DNA of 64,000 nucleotides from an uncultured Eubacteriales bacterium (GCA_963545265.1 CAUUHY010000001.1:21918-85917); one strand, 5' to 3'; counted from the first letter of the stretch, positions 31,554-42,246 are shown. A program made the numbers and translations. The notes: a model not told the origin generated them from the letters alone.

Positions 31554-32170
31554 TGAGACTTAGAAATGTAAAAAATAAGGAGATTTTAGATAAATCTCCT
31601 TATATAATTAGTGAACCATTTTTATTAAAAGGAAAATGGAATAAAGAATTTAATAATGATAATCCAATACATTTAGAAATTGGTATGGGAAAAGGTCAAT
31701 TTTTAATAAATATGGCGATAAATAATCCTAATATTAATTTTATAGGTATTGAAAAATTTGATAGTGTTATGGTTAGAACATTAGAAAAAATGGCTAATTA
31801 TAAACTTAATAATATAAAAGTAATAAAAATAGATGCAAGTGATATATTAGATGTGTTTGATAATGAAATATCTAAGATATATTTAAATTTCTCTGATCCA
31901 TGGCCAAAGAGAAGACACGCTAAAAAAAGATTAACAAGTGAAGTGTTTTTAAAAAAGTATGAACAACTTGGGTCTTTAGATATTGAACAAAAAACAGATA
32001 ATAGAAAGTTATTTGAATATTCACTACAAAGTTTTGTGAATAATGGTTATAAAATATTAGATTTATCTTTAGATTTACATAGTGATAAAGAAAATATAGT
32101 AACTACTGAATATGAAGATAAGTTTATTAAAAGAAACCAAGTTATATATTATGTTAATGTAAAAAAATAA
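31553..32170 (+). CDS. trmB: tRNA (guanine46-N7)-methyltransferase
   Basis: SAM-binding EIGMGKGQF; 205 aa; ATGA overlap with the rny stop. Confidence 0.85.
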   Translation: MRLRNVKNKEILDKSPYIISEPFLLKGKWNKEFNNDNPIHLEIGMGKGQFLINMAINNPNINFIGIEKFDSVMVRTLEKMANYKLNNIKVIKIDASDILDVFDNEISKIYLNFSDPWPKRRHAKKRLTSEVFLKKYEQLGSLDIEQKTDNRKLFEYSLQSFVNNGYKILDLSLDLHSDKENIVTTEYEDKFIKRNQVIYYVNVKK

Positions 32171-32278
32171 ATCATGGTTTTAATGATTAAAATTAATGGT
32201 TTGTTTTTTCTTAATATATTTAATTTTAACTATGTTTTTAAACTTGTTTAATATATCTGTTAAAATAATCTATGAGAG

Positions 32279-32650
32279 GTGTATATGATAGATTCTAATA
32301 TTTCAGTTCCAGTAGGTATAATAGATGTTTTATGGGATTATGATGATTTTAATAATTTATGTAAAGTTTTTTTTGAATTTAATATAAAAATAGAAAATAA
32401 TGGAAAATTTGAGTTTGTAAATAAATTTTATTTTTTAGATCATGATTTATGTGTAAAAGAAGAAGAGGTTTTTTCTGATAAATTATCTGTTTTGCTACTA
32501 GATTATAATGAGAAAATTAAAATGCAACTTTCTGGAGATATATTATTCTTAAATAAAAAACAATATGAAAAATTAAATGATTTTATATTGAAAAATTCCG
32601 AAAGATATAAATTTAAAGTAAAATATGAAAATCAATCTCAGATAAAATAA
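32279..32650 (+). CDS. Hypothetical protein
   Basis: 123-aa ORF with RBS GAGAGG; no domain recognised. Confidence 0.4.
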   Translation: MYMIDSNISVPVGIIDVLWDYDDFNNLCKVFFEFNIKIENNGKFEFVNKFYFLDHDLCVKEEEVFSDKLSVLLLDYNEKIKMQLSGDILFLNKKQYEKLNDFILKNSERYKFKVKYENQSQIK

Positions 32651-32680
32651 AAATACCAAATAATATTATTTGGTATTTTT
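32651..32680. terminator. Bidirectional rho-independent terminator between convergent genes
   Basis: Perfect aaataccaaataat/attatttggtattt hairpin flanked by an A-run and a T-run. Confidence 0.6.
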
Positions 32681-34363
32681 TTATTTATTTATATCTATAA
32701 TAACTGGTACGATAATAGGTCTTCTATCAGTTTTATTACTTATATATGGATATAAATCTGATACTAGTTTATTTTTAATATCTGAAATATTAGCGCTTTC
32801 ATTTAAGGTAGTTAATATTGAATCTTTTGCAATTTTTTCTATTTCTTTTAGTAGTAATTCACTTTCATTAATCATTACAAATCCTCTTGTTGTAATATTA
32901 GGATTAGTTAATAATTGTTTATTCTTAGTAGAAATATTAGCTATAACTATTAATATTCCATCACTTGACATAACATTTCTATCTTTTAAAACAACTCCAT
33001 TAACTTCTTGTAATTTAGAATTATCTACATATATTGGATTAACATTTATTTTAGGTCCATAACTTACATTTCCTTTATCTAAAATTAAAGTTTTACCATT
33101 TTCTAAGATAAATGTATTTTCAACTGGTACTCCACAAGCGTGAGCAAGCTTAGTGTGTTGTTTTAACATTCTATATTCTCCATGAAGTGGTGCAAAGAAT
33201 TTAGGACTTATTAAAGTTAACATAAGTTTTAATTCTTCTTGACTAGCATGACCTGATGTATGGATTTTAAAATCATCTTTAGTTATTACTTTAACACCTT
33301 GTAAACATAGTTTGTTAATTGTACTATTAATTGCTCTAGCATTTCCTGGTATAGCAGAAGATGAGAAGATGATTATATCATCTGGAAGTAGTTTTATTTG
33401 TTTATGAGTTCCTTTTGCAATTCTAGAAAGAGCAGCTAAAGGTTCTCCTTGAGTTCCTGTACAAAGAATTACTAAATCTTTTTGATTAATTGTACTAACT
33501 TCTTCTTTCTTAACAAATATTTCTGGGTGATTAATATAATGACCCTTTAAAGAAATATTTATATTATTTTCCATACTTCTTCCAAAAAGAACTACTTTTT
33601 TATTAAATTTATAACATGTTTCTACAATATGTTTTAAACGATATATATTACTTGCAAATGTTGCAATAATTAATCTTCTATTTTTGTATTTAGAAAATAT
33701 TTCATTTAATGTGTTATCAACAACTGCTTCACTAAGAGAAAATCCTGGTACTAAGGCATTTGTAGAATCACTTACTAGTAAAGTAACTCCTCTTTTAGAT
33801 AGTTCTATCATTTTATCAAAATCAGCTTTAGGTCCAATTGGAGTTAAGTCAAATTTAAAGTCTCCAGTAGTTACAATTATACCGTTAGATGTAGTTACTG
33901 CTATACCAAAAGAGTCTGGTACAGAGTGATTAACTGTAAAAAATTCTATAGTAAAGTTTTTTGTTTTAAATTTAGAATCTTTATCAAATACAACTATATT
34001 ATCGTATTTAATGTTATGGTCTTTTAATTTTAATTCTATTAATTCTTTTGCTTGATTAGGTGCATATATTACCGGTATATTAACATAATTTACTAAAAAT
34101 GGTACTGCACCAATATGATCTTCATGACCATGTGTTATTACTAATGCTTTTATTTTCTTTTCGTTTTCTTTTAGATAGTTTATATCTCCGATTATATAAT
34201 CTATTCCTAAAGATGATTCTTCTGGAAATATACTACCTGAATCTAAAATAATTAATTCGTCGTTTTCTTCTACGACATACATGTTTTTTCCTACTTCACC
34301 AAGTCCACCTAAGGCAAAGTATTTTGTTACGTTTTTATTCATTTTTCCTCCTTTTATTATCAC
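32681..34363 (-). CDS. rnj: Ribonuclease J (beta-CASP metallo-beta-lactamase)
   Basis: HGHEDHIGAVPFL MBL motif, beta-CASP region; 560 aa. Confidence 0.9.
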   Translation of the reverse strand: MIIKGGKMNKNVTKYFALGGLGEVGKNMYVVEENDELIILDSGSIFPEESSLGIDYIIGDINYLKENEKKIKALVITHGHEDHIGAVPFLVNYVNIPVIYAPNQAKELIELKLKDHNIKYDNIVVFDKDSKFKTKNFTIEFFTVNHSVPDSFGIAVTTSNGIIVTTGDFKFDLTPIGPKADFDKMIELSKRGVTLLVSDSTNALVPGFSLSEAVVDNTLNEIFSKYKNRRLIIATFASNIYRLKHIVETCYKFNKKVVLFGRSMENNINISLKGHYINHPEIFVKKEEVSTINQKDLVILCTGTQGEPLAALSRIAKGTHKQIKLLPDDIIIFSSSAIPGNARAINSTINKLCLQGVKVITKDDFKIHTSGHASQEELKLMLTLISPKFFAPLHGEYRMLKQHTKLAHACGVPVENTFILENGKTLILDKGNVSYGPKINVNPIYVDNSKLQEVNGVVLKDRNVMSSDGILIVIANISTKNKQLLTNPNITTRGFVMINESELLLKEIEKIAKDSILTTLNESANISDIKNKLVSDLYPYISNKTDRRPIIVPVIIDINK

Positions 34364-34483
34364 ATAAAAAAGAATGTTCTTCTTTTTTGATTTTTAAACT
34401 AAATTATAAAGTTAAAAGACTAACTAATTATAACATAATGAGAAAAAAATTCAAATATTAAAAAAGATTAAACTTTTTAAAGT

Positions 34484-35764
34484 TTAATCTTCTTTTTTAA
34501 ATAATTCTTTTAATAAAGATATTCCTTTTATTCTTGTTCCATAGTTCATTATTACTTTTTTATATAATACTGATGAGAAGTAAGCAACTATTATAGTTGA
34601 TATCAACAATACTAACATAGGAAGTAAAGTATCTATTAAAGATAACTTTCTAGATAGTAAATTCATCGTATTAATAAATGGTGAAGATATAGGTAAATAA
34701 GTTGCTACAGTATTTAATAAACCTTTAGAGTTACTAGAAAATATAGATAGATAAAATCCAATCATCAACAAGAATGAAAATGGAGTTTGTGCTTGTTGTA
34801 TTTCTTCTTGTTTTGTAACAGTTGCACCTACACATGCTATTAAAAATGCATATATTAAGAATCCAAATATGAAATAATATAAGAATCCTAATATAATAAT
34901 AGGTGATAAGTTGATATTAAGAAGTAACATGTTCATATATTCTTTAGGTAAAAATACTTGTGAAGATATAATAGCAGTTACTATTAATATAGACATTTGT
35001 AATATTCCAGTAAGACCAACACCTATAACTTTACCAACTATAATATTAAGTGGTGAAGTAGAAGTAAGTAGTGTTTCTACAACTTTATTAGTTTTTTCAG
35101 TAGTAATACTTGAACCTACTGCTATAGAATAAAATAATACTATATAAAAGATAAATACCATACCAAACATTGCAATATTAGTGTTTTTGTTTATATCACC
35201 AGCTTCTTTTACTGTTTCTTCACTTATAAAGGAAATATCTTTTGATAATATCTCTTTTTCGTTATCATTTATATTAAGTTTATTAATAAGATATCTTTTA
35301 TAAGAACTGTTTATATATTGATTTATATTACTGTTTTCAAAAGATAATCTATTATTATTACTTTTTAAATTAGCAATAGTTAGATTCTTTAAATCAGCAT
35401 TTTTTACGATATAAACAATACTATTTTTATCATTAACATCTTTACTTAATTTATTTATATCAGCTTTTTCATTTAATATTACAAATTTATAATATTGATG
35501 TTTATTAAGGTCTTCTTTTATAATGTTTAAAACTTTATTTTCATCATATATGTATATAGTTTCTTTTTCTGTTGTTTTAGGTTTATTACCTTCATTTTTA
35601 TTAAAATAACGACTTATATTTGGAATATTAAAAAATATTACTATAAGTGCTACTAAGAATAAAGTAGTTAGTTTATAAGCTTTATTTTTAGTTAATTCTT
35701 TAAAAGTAAATTTAATAACATTAATCATTTTCTTTACCTCCAACTGTAGATATAAATATATCAT
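34484..35764 (-). CDS. ABC-2 type transporter permease
   Basis: N-terminal TM plus a ~170-aa extracytoplasmic loop, then a 5-TM C-terminal block; overlaps the ATPase gene. Confidence 0.6.
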   Translation of the reverse strand: MIYLYLQLEVKKMINVIKFTFKELTKNKAYKLTTLFLVALIVIFFNIPNISRYFNKNEGNKPKTTEKETIYIYDENKVLNIIKEDLNKHQYYKFVILNEKADINKLSKDVNDKNSIVYIVKNADLKNLTIANLKSNNNRLSFENSNINQYINSSYKRYLINKLNINDNEKEILSKDISFISEETVKEAGDINKNTNIAMFGMVFIFYIVLFYSIAVGSSITTEKTNKVVETLLTSTSPLNIIVGKVIGVGLTGILQMSILIVTAIISSQVFLPKEYMNMLLLNINLSPIIILGFLYYFIFGFLIYAFLIACVGATVTKQEEIQQAQTPFSFLLMIGFYLSIFSSNSKGLLNTVATYLPISSPFINTMNLLSRKLSLIDTLLPMLVLLISTIIVAYFSSVLYKKVIMNYGTRIKGISLLKELFKKED

Positions 35765-36629
35765 TTAAATTAGGTTTTAATATTTCAAATTTAATCACTT
35801 GATCATTATCATCTAATAGTTTTAAAAGTTTATATGCATCATCTTTATTTTTAATACTTAGTGTATAACTACTACCAACTTTATTTATTATATCTAGTTT
35901 AGCTTTTTTAATTTTTTCATCAATATCTTTAATTGTTACAACTTCTAGTTTAGAATCAGAATATTCGTTCTTAATATTTATTAAATTACCTTTAAGTTTA
36001 GTTATACCTCTATCAAGTATTAAAATATCAGTACAAAATTCTTCAACTATAGACATTTGATGTGAAGATAACACGATTATTTTATCTTTCTTTTTCTTCT
36101 TTATAAGATCTGCTACTAATAAAGAGTTAACAGGATCTAGTCCAGAAAATGGTTCATCTAAAATAATAAGTTCAGGATCATTTTGAAATGCTATTAAGAT
36201 TTGAACTTTTTGTTGATTACCTTTTGATAGTTTTTCAGCTTCCATATTTAAATATTCTTCAATTTTTAATATTTTAGCAAGTTCGTTTATTTCTTTTAAT
36301 GCTTTATCTTTTGGCATATTTTTTAATGCTGCAAAATATAATAATTGATCTATTACTTTAGTTTTTGGATAAAGTCCCCTTTCTTCAGGTAAATATCCAA
36401 AATTAACTGACTTTCTTGATACTTCTTGATCATTATATGTAACTTTACCATCACTTTTATTTAAAATTCCTAAGATAATTCTAATAGTAGTAGATTTACC
36501 AGCACCGTTAGATCCTAGTAAACCAAAACAGTCTCCTTTTTTTAAATTAAAACTTATTTTGTTAAGAACTGTTTTATTACCATATTTTTTAGAAACTTGT
36601 TCTACTTTTAACATAAAAAATTCCTCCAA
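35721..36629 (-). CDS. ABC transporter ATP-binding protein (ABC-2 family)
   Basis: Walker A GSNGAGKST, signature LSKGNQQKVQILIAF, Walker B ILDEPFSGLD. Confidence 0.85.
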   Translation of the reverse strand: MEEFFMLKVEQVSKKYGNKTVLNKISFNLKKGDCFGLLGSNGAGKSTTIRIILGILNKSDGKVTYNDQEVSRKSVNFGYLPEERGLYPKTKVIDQLLYFAALKNMPKDKALKEINELAKILKIEEYLNMEAEKLSKGNQQKVQILIAFQNDPELIILDEPFSGLDPVNSLLVADLIKKKKKDKIIVLSSHQMSIVEEFCTDILILDRGITKLKGNLINIKNEYSDSKLEVVTIKDIDEKIKKAKLDIINKVGSSYTLSIKNKDDAYKLLKLLDDNDQVIKFEILKPNLNDIFISTVGGKEND

Positions 36630-36691
36630 TTTAATTGTATACTTTTATATCTTCATTGTATATAATTTTAATTGGAAGATAAGGAGATAAA

Positions 36692-37570
36692 ATGATAGAT
36701 GTATTAGTAATAGGGGGAGGACCAGCTGGAGTATCAGCTGCAGTTTATTTAAAAAGATACGGATTTAATGTAAAAGTAATAGAAAAATCTTTAATAGGTG
36801 GTAATGTTGTTTTTACCAATAGAGTAGATAATTATTTAGGAATATTTGATGAAACTGGTTTAAATTTATCAAATAAGTTTAAAGAACATCTTAAATTTTT
36901 AGATATAGAAATTATAAATGATGAAGTTATCAATGTAGAAAAAAATGAAAACTTTAAACTAGAGCTAAAAAATGGGACTTTAGAAAGTAAGTATTTAGTG
37001 ATTGCTAGTGGAAGAACTTTTAGAAGATTAGGTCTTTTAAATGAAGAAAAATATGTTGGAAGAGGAATTTCATTTTGTGCAACATGTGATGGACCAATGG
37101 CTAAAAATAGAAGTGTCGTAGTAGTAGGTGGAGGTAACTCTGCATTTGAAGAAACTCTTCACTTAGCAAAATATGCAAAAGATATAACAATTTTAGTAAG
37201 AGATGAAATAAGAGCAGATAAAATATTAGTAGATAAAGTTAAAGAATTAGATAATGTAACAATTTCTTTACAAGAAGAAATATTAGAATATAAGGGCGAT
37301 AATTATTTAACATCTATAGTTACAAACAAAAGAGAATTAAATGTAGATATAGTATTTTTATATGTAGGATTAATACCTAAGATAGAATATTTAAAAAATT
37401 TAGATTTAAATATTAAGAATAATTATATAGTTGTAGATAAAGATTATAAGACAAATATTGATAAATGTTATGCAGTAGGAGATGTTATAGAAAAGAGAAT
37501 GTATCAAATTATTAATTCTGCCGCAGAAGGTGCAGAAGCAGCTTTTTCAATAAATAAAGATAATATTTAA
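36692..37570 (+). CDS. Thioredoxin reductase-like FAD/NAD(P) oxidoreductase
   Basis: VIGGGPAG FAD motif, redox-active CATCDG, second dinucleotide motif VVGGGNSA; 292 aa. Confidence 0.7.
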   Translation: MIDVLVIGGGPAGVSAAVYLKRYGFNVKVIEKSLIGGNVVFTNRVDNYLGIFDETGLNLSNKFKEHLKFLDIEIINDEVINVEKNENFKLELKNGTLESKYLVIASGRTFRRLGLLNEEKYVGRGISFCATCDGPMAKNRSVVVVGGGNSAFEETLHLAKYAKDITILVRDEIRADKILVDKVKELDNVTISLQEEILEYKGDNYLTSIVTNKRELNVDIVFLYVGLIPKIEYLKNLDLNIKNNYIVVDKDYKTNIDKCYAVGDVIEKRMYQIINSAAEGAEAAFSINKDNI

Positions 37571-37644
37571 TTTAAGCAACATATAGGGTACATATCAAGA
37601 TATGAAATAAATAAATTAGATAGTGAGATATTTATAATGAATTA

Positions 37645-37681
37645 AAAAGATTTTATCAAATTGATAAAATCTTTTGTTTTT
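37645..37681 (+). terminator. Rho-independent terminator
   Basis: aaaagattttatcaa/ttgataaaatctttt hairpin plus a T-run. Confidence 0.55.
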
Positions 37682-37755
37682 CTAATATAGCAATTGAATA
37701 TTCATCAACAAGCTCAATTAAAAATTATTTTATCATAAAATTTATATAATAAAAA

Positions 37756-37775
37756 TTTTAGTTTATGATATAATT
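37756..37775 (+). promoter_or_regulatory. Extended -10 promoter (TGaTATAAT) carrying a 19-nt motif shared with the promoter at 44314-44337
   Basis: tttagtttatgatataatt; TG at 37766-67, TATAAT at 37769-74; ~30 nt upstream of the RBS of the 37805 ORF. Confidence 0.45.
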
Positions 37776-37804
37776 ATTTTAGGGTAGATAAAAGGGGTAA
37801 AAAT

Positions 37805-39646
37805 ATGAGTGGTGATTTTAAACTAAAGATGAGTTTAAAAAATCCTAGTCAAAAGATTAGGATAAGTAACTCTAATAAAGTAACAGTTTATCAAAATAAT
37901 GTATGTGTAGAAGATTTCTATATTTCAAAAGAAAAATTTAGTTCTATTGATTTGATAATGTCTTATGTATTAGAAGAAAATTCCAGTAGTGAAGAATATG
38001 TAATGTACAATAATAAGAAAGAAACTAATAAAGAAAAAATAGAAGTAATTTCTAGTATTCTAAAAGAGGTTAAACTTAAAGAATTTTTAGATATTAGTAG
38101 AAATTTAACAGTATCTGAAGATGAAAACACGGATATTATACCAATTGAAATATTAAAGATGGTTGAATATTCTGATTTTGGTTTTTGTTTAACTACGCGT
38201 AATAAAACATATAGATTTTTAGGTAAAAACAAAATTCTTTTAAAAATAGAAGAATTGTTTTCTAAATCTTTGTTACCACTTTTTTCTTGTAATAGAAAAA
38301 TATTTGTAGATTATAATTATAATAAAAATATATATCAAGTAATTAAAGATAATGAAATAATATATGAAAATACCGATATTAAAAATGTATTTGATTATTT
38401 AGATGAGTATAAAATAGAGAATAAAAAAATAACAGAATATGAGGATTTAATCTGTATAGATTGTGAAAGTAGGGGTATGTTGAACGAATTATCAAAAGAA
38501 TGCAATTTTCCTTTGAATTTATATGAAGGATTTAATGATACATTATTTAATTTTAATAAAGATTTAAATAATACTAGTAAAGTATATATAAGTCATGTTC
38601 CATATGTATCAAATAATAATAATGCTTTATTAGTTATTCCAAAAATAGAAGAATATACTATAGATTTAATTAATGATATAGAATTTAAAATATCTAACTT
38701 AACTTTAAAGGTAAAATCTTTAAATAGTAAAGAGATATCTTTGAAAGCTATAACAAAATCAAATGTTTTAATAGATAAAAAAGTTATAAATAAAAATGAT
38801 GTTTTAACTTTTAAAATGAATGAAGAACATGTATTTAATTTGGATTCTAAAGATGGAATAGAAACATGGAACTTTGTGTTTAAAAGGGGAACTTTTAAAA
38901 AAGAATATAGAAGAATACACTTTGAAAAGATAAAACAAATATTAGAAAAGAAAGATAATTTTAAAGATCTTACAATAGTTGAAAAATATGAAACTTATAA
39001 ATCGATTTTACTATTTTTATATTTTATTAATCAAAAACAAGATGAAGTAAAATTAGATGAATTATACAGTTTGCTAGACGGTAATTTATATGAAGAATTT
39101 TTAACGGATTATAATATTAAAGAAGTAGAAAAAAATACGACATTTAAAAGCTTTAATGATAAAAAAATATTTGTAGAAAAAGTTAGTTTTGTAGATACTT
39201 TAGTTAAATATAATTGGTTATCTTATCCAAGATATATATTTTCAACTATTTCGTATTTTAATAAAGATAAAATAATGAGAGACTTCGATATAATGTTTAA
39301 TCAAATGATAAGTAAAACTTCATTTAAAGATTACTTAATAAAACTATTTGAACAAAATAGTTTATATCAAAATGTGTCTAAAAATTTTGAATATATGTTA
39401 AATTTGTTATCAAATATGTATTATGTTGATATAAAAAATGGAGAAGATAAAAAATATTATATTGAAAAGCTAGTTATCAATAATACAAAAGAAGATGATT
39501 TAAGTTATAGCATTTCGGTTCTTGTAAGTGCTTATATTAGAGATGAAAAAGTAAGAGAAAAATATTTAGATGAATTACAAGAAAAATATAGAAAAGGAGA
39601 CCTGAAAGAACCACTTTATATAGAAAAATTGGAGGTGAATGATTAG
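37805..39646 (+). CDS. Large hypothetical cytoplasmic protein (613 aa), no recognisable domain
   Basis: RBS AAAAGGGG; long ORF; no TM or signal peptide; 8-nt overlap with the next ORF. Confidence 0.55.
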   Translation: MSGDFKLKMSLKNPSQKIRISNSNKVTVYQNNVCVEDFYISKEKFSSIDLIMSYVLEENSSSEEYVMYNNKKETNKEKIEVISSILKEVKLKEFLDISRNLTVSEDENTDIIPIEILKMVEYSDFGFCLTTRNKTYRFLGKNKILLKIEELFSKSLLPLFSCNRKIFVDYNYNKNIYQVIKDNEIIYENTDIKNVFDYLDEYKIENKKITEYEDLICIDCESRGMLNELSKECNFPLNLYEGFNDTLFNFNKDLNNTSKVYISHVPYVSNNNNALLVIPKIEEYTIDLINDIEFKISNLTLKVKSLNSKEISLKAITKSNVLIDKKVINKNDVLTFKMNEEHVFNLDSKDGIETWNFVFKRGTFKKEYRRIHFEKIKQILEKKDNFKDLTIVEKYETYKSILLFLYFINQKQDEVKLDELYSLLDGNLYEEFLTDYNIKEVEKNTTFKSFNDKKIFVEKVSFVDTLVKYNWLSYPRYIFSTISYFNKDKIMRDFDIMFNQMISKTSFKDYLIKLFEQNSLYQNVSKNFEYMLNLLSNMYYVDIKNGEDKKYYIEKLVINNTKEDDLSYSISVLVSAYIRDEKVREKYLDELQEKYRKGDLKEPLYIEKLEVND

Positions 39647-41945
39647 TATGAAAAACAATTATAAAAATGAAATATTCGATGTTAAAATTACTAATTTAGA
39701 ATACGGTTTTTCTTTTGAAGTTCCATCTAACTTTTTAGAAGTAGGAGAAGACTCTTTTAAGAAATTAGAATTAAAAGATAATACATTATATTCTTTTTCT
39801 ATAGATGATTATACTAATTTTCATGTAATGCTAATGTCTTTAAAAGAAGATAATGTAGAAAATTATATAAATTTTACAAAAAGAAAATTAGAAGAAAATA
39901 AATTTGAAGTATTGAATATCAATAAAAATAAACTTACACTAAGAAAAAATAAAATAACTTTTATTAATAATTTAGTAGAAATAAATGGTTTAATTATAAA
40001 TTTTGCTATAAGTAGTTCACAAAATATTCAAGATAAAACGAAAATTTTAGATAAAATTACTGATAGTATAAAAGTTTTACCTAAGGAAAATATTCCATTA
40101 TTAAAAGAAGCACTTATAAAAAAAGAAGTTAAAAGTAAAACAAAAGATTTTGCTAAATTAAAAGAAGAAATTGTAAAAAAAGAAATTAAATATAGAAATA
40201 TAAAACAACCAAAATTTTTCTTAAAATATTCTAATTTTTTAGATAATAAACTTATAACTTTAACTGTTATAGATGATGAAATAGCATATAACAATAATAA
40301 AGTCTTATTCAAAAAAGATAAGATTGTTAGTGAAAAATTCCAAAAATTAGTAGATGAAAATAAAGATTTACTTTCAACTTTTGAATATACAAAACTTGAT
40401 AATTCATATATTTCAATAAAATATCAAGATAAATATTATTTAGTAGATAAAACTGATTATGATAAAATAATAGAATTTTTAACTAAATTAGAAGAAATAT
40501 TAAATGAAACATTTAATTTGTATGTGTTAAAAGAAAAAGAAGAAATAAGTTTAGAACCAAAAGAAATAGTTATAGAAGAATATAGTTTTACTAAAGCAGA
40601 TGATCCTATTGTTATGGAAAATGATTTAACAAACGATTTATTTGTTGATTTAGATTTACCTAAAGTAGATGATTTAGAAAAAATAACTGAAGATGAAAAT
40701 CAAGTTATTTTAGATATAGATTTAAAGACTTTAGATTTACCAAGAAATGACTTTAATTTATATGAAGAAACATATAATAATATGTTAGATACAACATTAT
40801 TTAATTCTAGGTTAGAAGAAAAAGTTAATAATTTTTTAGAACAAAATGAAAAAGAAGATATATTATTAAACCAAGAAGAATTAGAACAAGTTACATATAC
40901 AGATGGTGAATATAAAGATGTATTTCATAAATTAGAAGATACTTTATTATTAAAGGCATCAGTTCCAAAAGATTTTATAGAAAAAGTAGATAGAAGTAGA
41001 AATATATTTGATATATTTAATAATAATATCTATTTGAGATTCTTTACGTTTAAATGTGATACTTTAGAAGCTTATGAAACTAAATTAAAAGATTGGATGG
41101 AAAAAAACTACGAAAGTATCGGTGGAAGTTATAAGAGTGAACAAATAGAAGTAAATAATTACCGAATTGATGTAAATGAATTTGATAATAGAATTTATTA
41201 CACAACTTATATAAATAATTATTTAGTTTCTGTTTCGTGTAATGATTATAGCTATAAAGAAACTTTATTTGATATTTTAGATAGTGTTGAAATATTAGAA
41301 GGATCTGAAAGAGAAGTTGAAAATATAGCAAGAGAAAATAAAAATAATCGTAAATTACTTGCTAATAACTTACCAGAATTAGATATTAGAAGTTTAGTTA
41401 ATAGTTTTGATGCTACAATTATTAGAAAGAGTGATATTTTGAAAAGAGCGATAGCAATTATATTGCTTGCTAATGAAATAATAACTGATAATAATGAATC
41501 TTCTTTCTTAAATATATTTAATAAAAATAAGAACATAAAAAGTGAACTTAAAAAATATGATGTTTATAATTATTTAACAGCAAAAGAAAAAGAATATTTA
41601 AAAACTAGAAATGAAGATTTATCTATAGAACTTTCATGGAGAATTGAAGGAGCATATGTGCTTTTATATGTTTTAGGACTAATAGATAAAGAACTTAATA
41701 ATGTAACTAAGACAAATATAGCTGAATTAAAAGAATTTATAAGTTCTAGAACTTATGGTGATTTAATAATAGATGCTAAGTTGAAAGATGAAGATGAAAT
41801 ATTAGATTTAGCAGATTATTCAAATAGACTTTTAATAATTACTGAAAACTATACAGATTATAATAATTTAGATAAGGAAATAGTTATTGAAAGAGATAAG
41901 GCATATAAATATATTCTTAGTGGAATGTCATGGGATGTATTATAG
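39639..41945 (+). CDS. Large hypothetical cytoplasmic protein (768 aa), no recognisable domain
   Basis: Translationally coupled to the upstream ORF; terminator immediately downstream. Confidence 0.55.
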   Translation: MISMKNNYKNEIFDVKITNLEYGFSFEVPSNFLEVGEDSFKKLELKDNTLYSFSIDDYTNFHVMLMSLKEDNVENYINFTKRKLEENKFEVLNINKNKLTLRKNKITFINNLVEINGLIINFAISSSQNIQDKTKILDKITDSIKVLPKENIPLLKEALIKKEVKSKTKDFAKLKEEIVKKEIKYRNIKQPKFFLKYSNFLDNKLITLTVIDDEIAYNNNKVLFKKDKIVSEKFQKLVDENKDLLSTFEYTKLDNSYISIKYQDKYYLVDKTDYDKIIEFLTKLEEILNETFNLYVLKEKEEISLEPKEIVIEEYSFTKADDPIVMENDLTNDLFVDLDLPKVDDLEKITEDENQVILDIDLKTLDLPRNDFNLYEETYNNMLDTTLFNSRLEEKVNNFLEQNEKEDILLNQEELEQVTYTDGEYKDVFHKLEDTLLLKASVPKDFIEKVDRSRNIFDIFNNNIYLRFFTFKCDTLEAYETKLKDWMEKNYESIGGSYKSEQIEVNNYRIDVNEFDNRIYYTTYINNYLVSVSCNDYSYKETLFDILDSVEILEGSEREVENIARENKNNRKLLANNLPELDIRSLVNSFDATIIRKSDILKRAIAIILLANEIITDNNESSFLNIFNKNKNIKSELKKYDVYNYLTAKEKEYLKTRNEDLSIELSWRIEGAYVLLYVLGLIDKELNNVTKTNIAELKEFISSRTYGDLIIDAKLKDEDEILDLADYSNRLLIITENYTDYNNLDKEIVIERDKAYKYILSGMSWDVL

Positions 41946-41951
41946 TTAATT

Positions 41952-41983
41952 AAAGACAAGAGTAATATTACTCTTGTCTTTTA
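41952..41983 (+). terminator. Strong rho-independent terminator
   Basis: aaagacaagagta/tactcttgtcttt perfect 13-bp stem plus a T-run. Confidence 0.65.
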
Positions 41984-42012
41984 TACTAGAATATTAAAAG
42001 AAGAAAAAATAA

Positions 42013-42201
42013 AATTACAAATTAAAGTCCAAGAAGTTATGTATTCTAAAAACTGAATTTATAATTATAGAATATGTATTTTTTCTAGAATTAGATAGAG
42101 ATATAAATATTACATTATCCGAAGAATATGATGATTATAAATGGTGTAAATTTAATGAAGCATATAATTTATTGGAAAAAGAAAATAATAAGAAACATTA
42201 A
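42013..42201 (+). pseudogene. Start-less C-terminal fragment of a NUDIX hydrolase
   Basis: 62-codon frame with no in-frame start, ending ...INITLSEEYDDYKWCKFNEAYNLLEKEN; resembles the characteristic NUDIX C-terminus (SEEHxEYRWxxxxEAxxLL). Confidence 0.4.
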
Positions 42202-42246
42202 AATTAATAAATAATTAATTAAAAAGTTTTAAATAAGGAAATAAAT

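Noticed and set aside
32670-33062. 130-aa plus-strand ORF, and also 33684-33929 and 34911-35132
   Set aside because: They overlap rnj and the ABC-2 permease on the opposite strand. The first begins inside the bidirectional terminator hairpin. No RBS; spurious.
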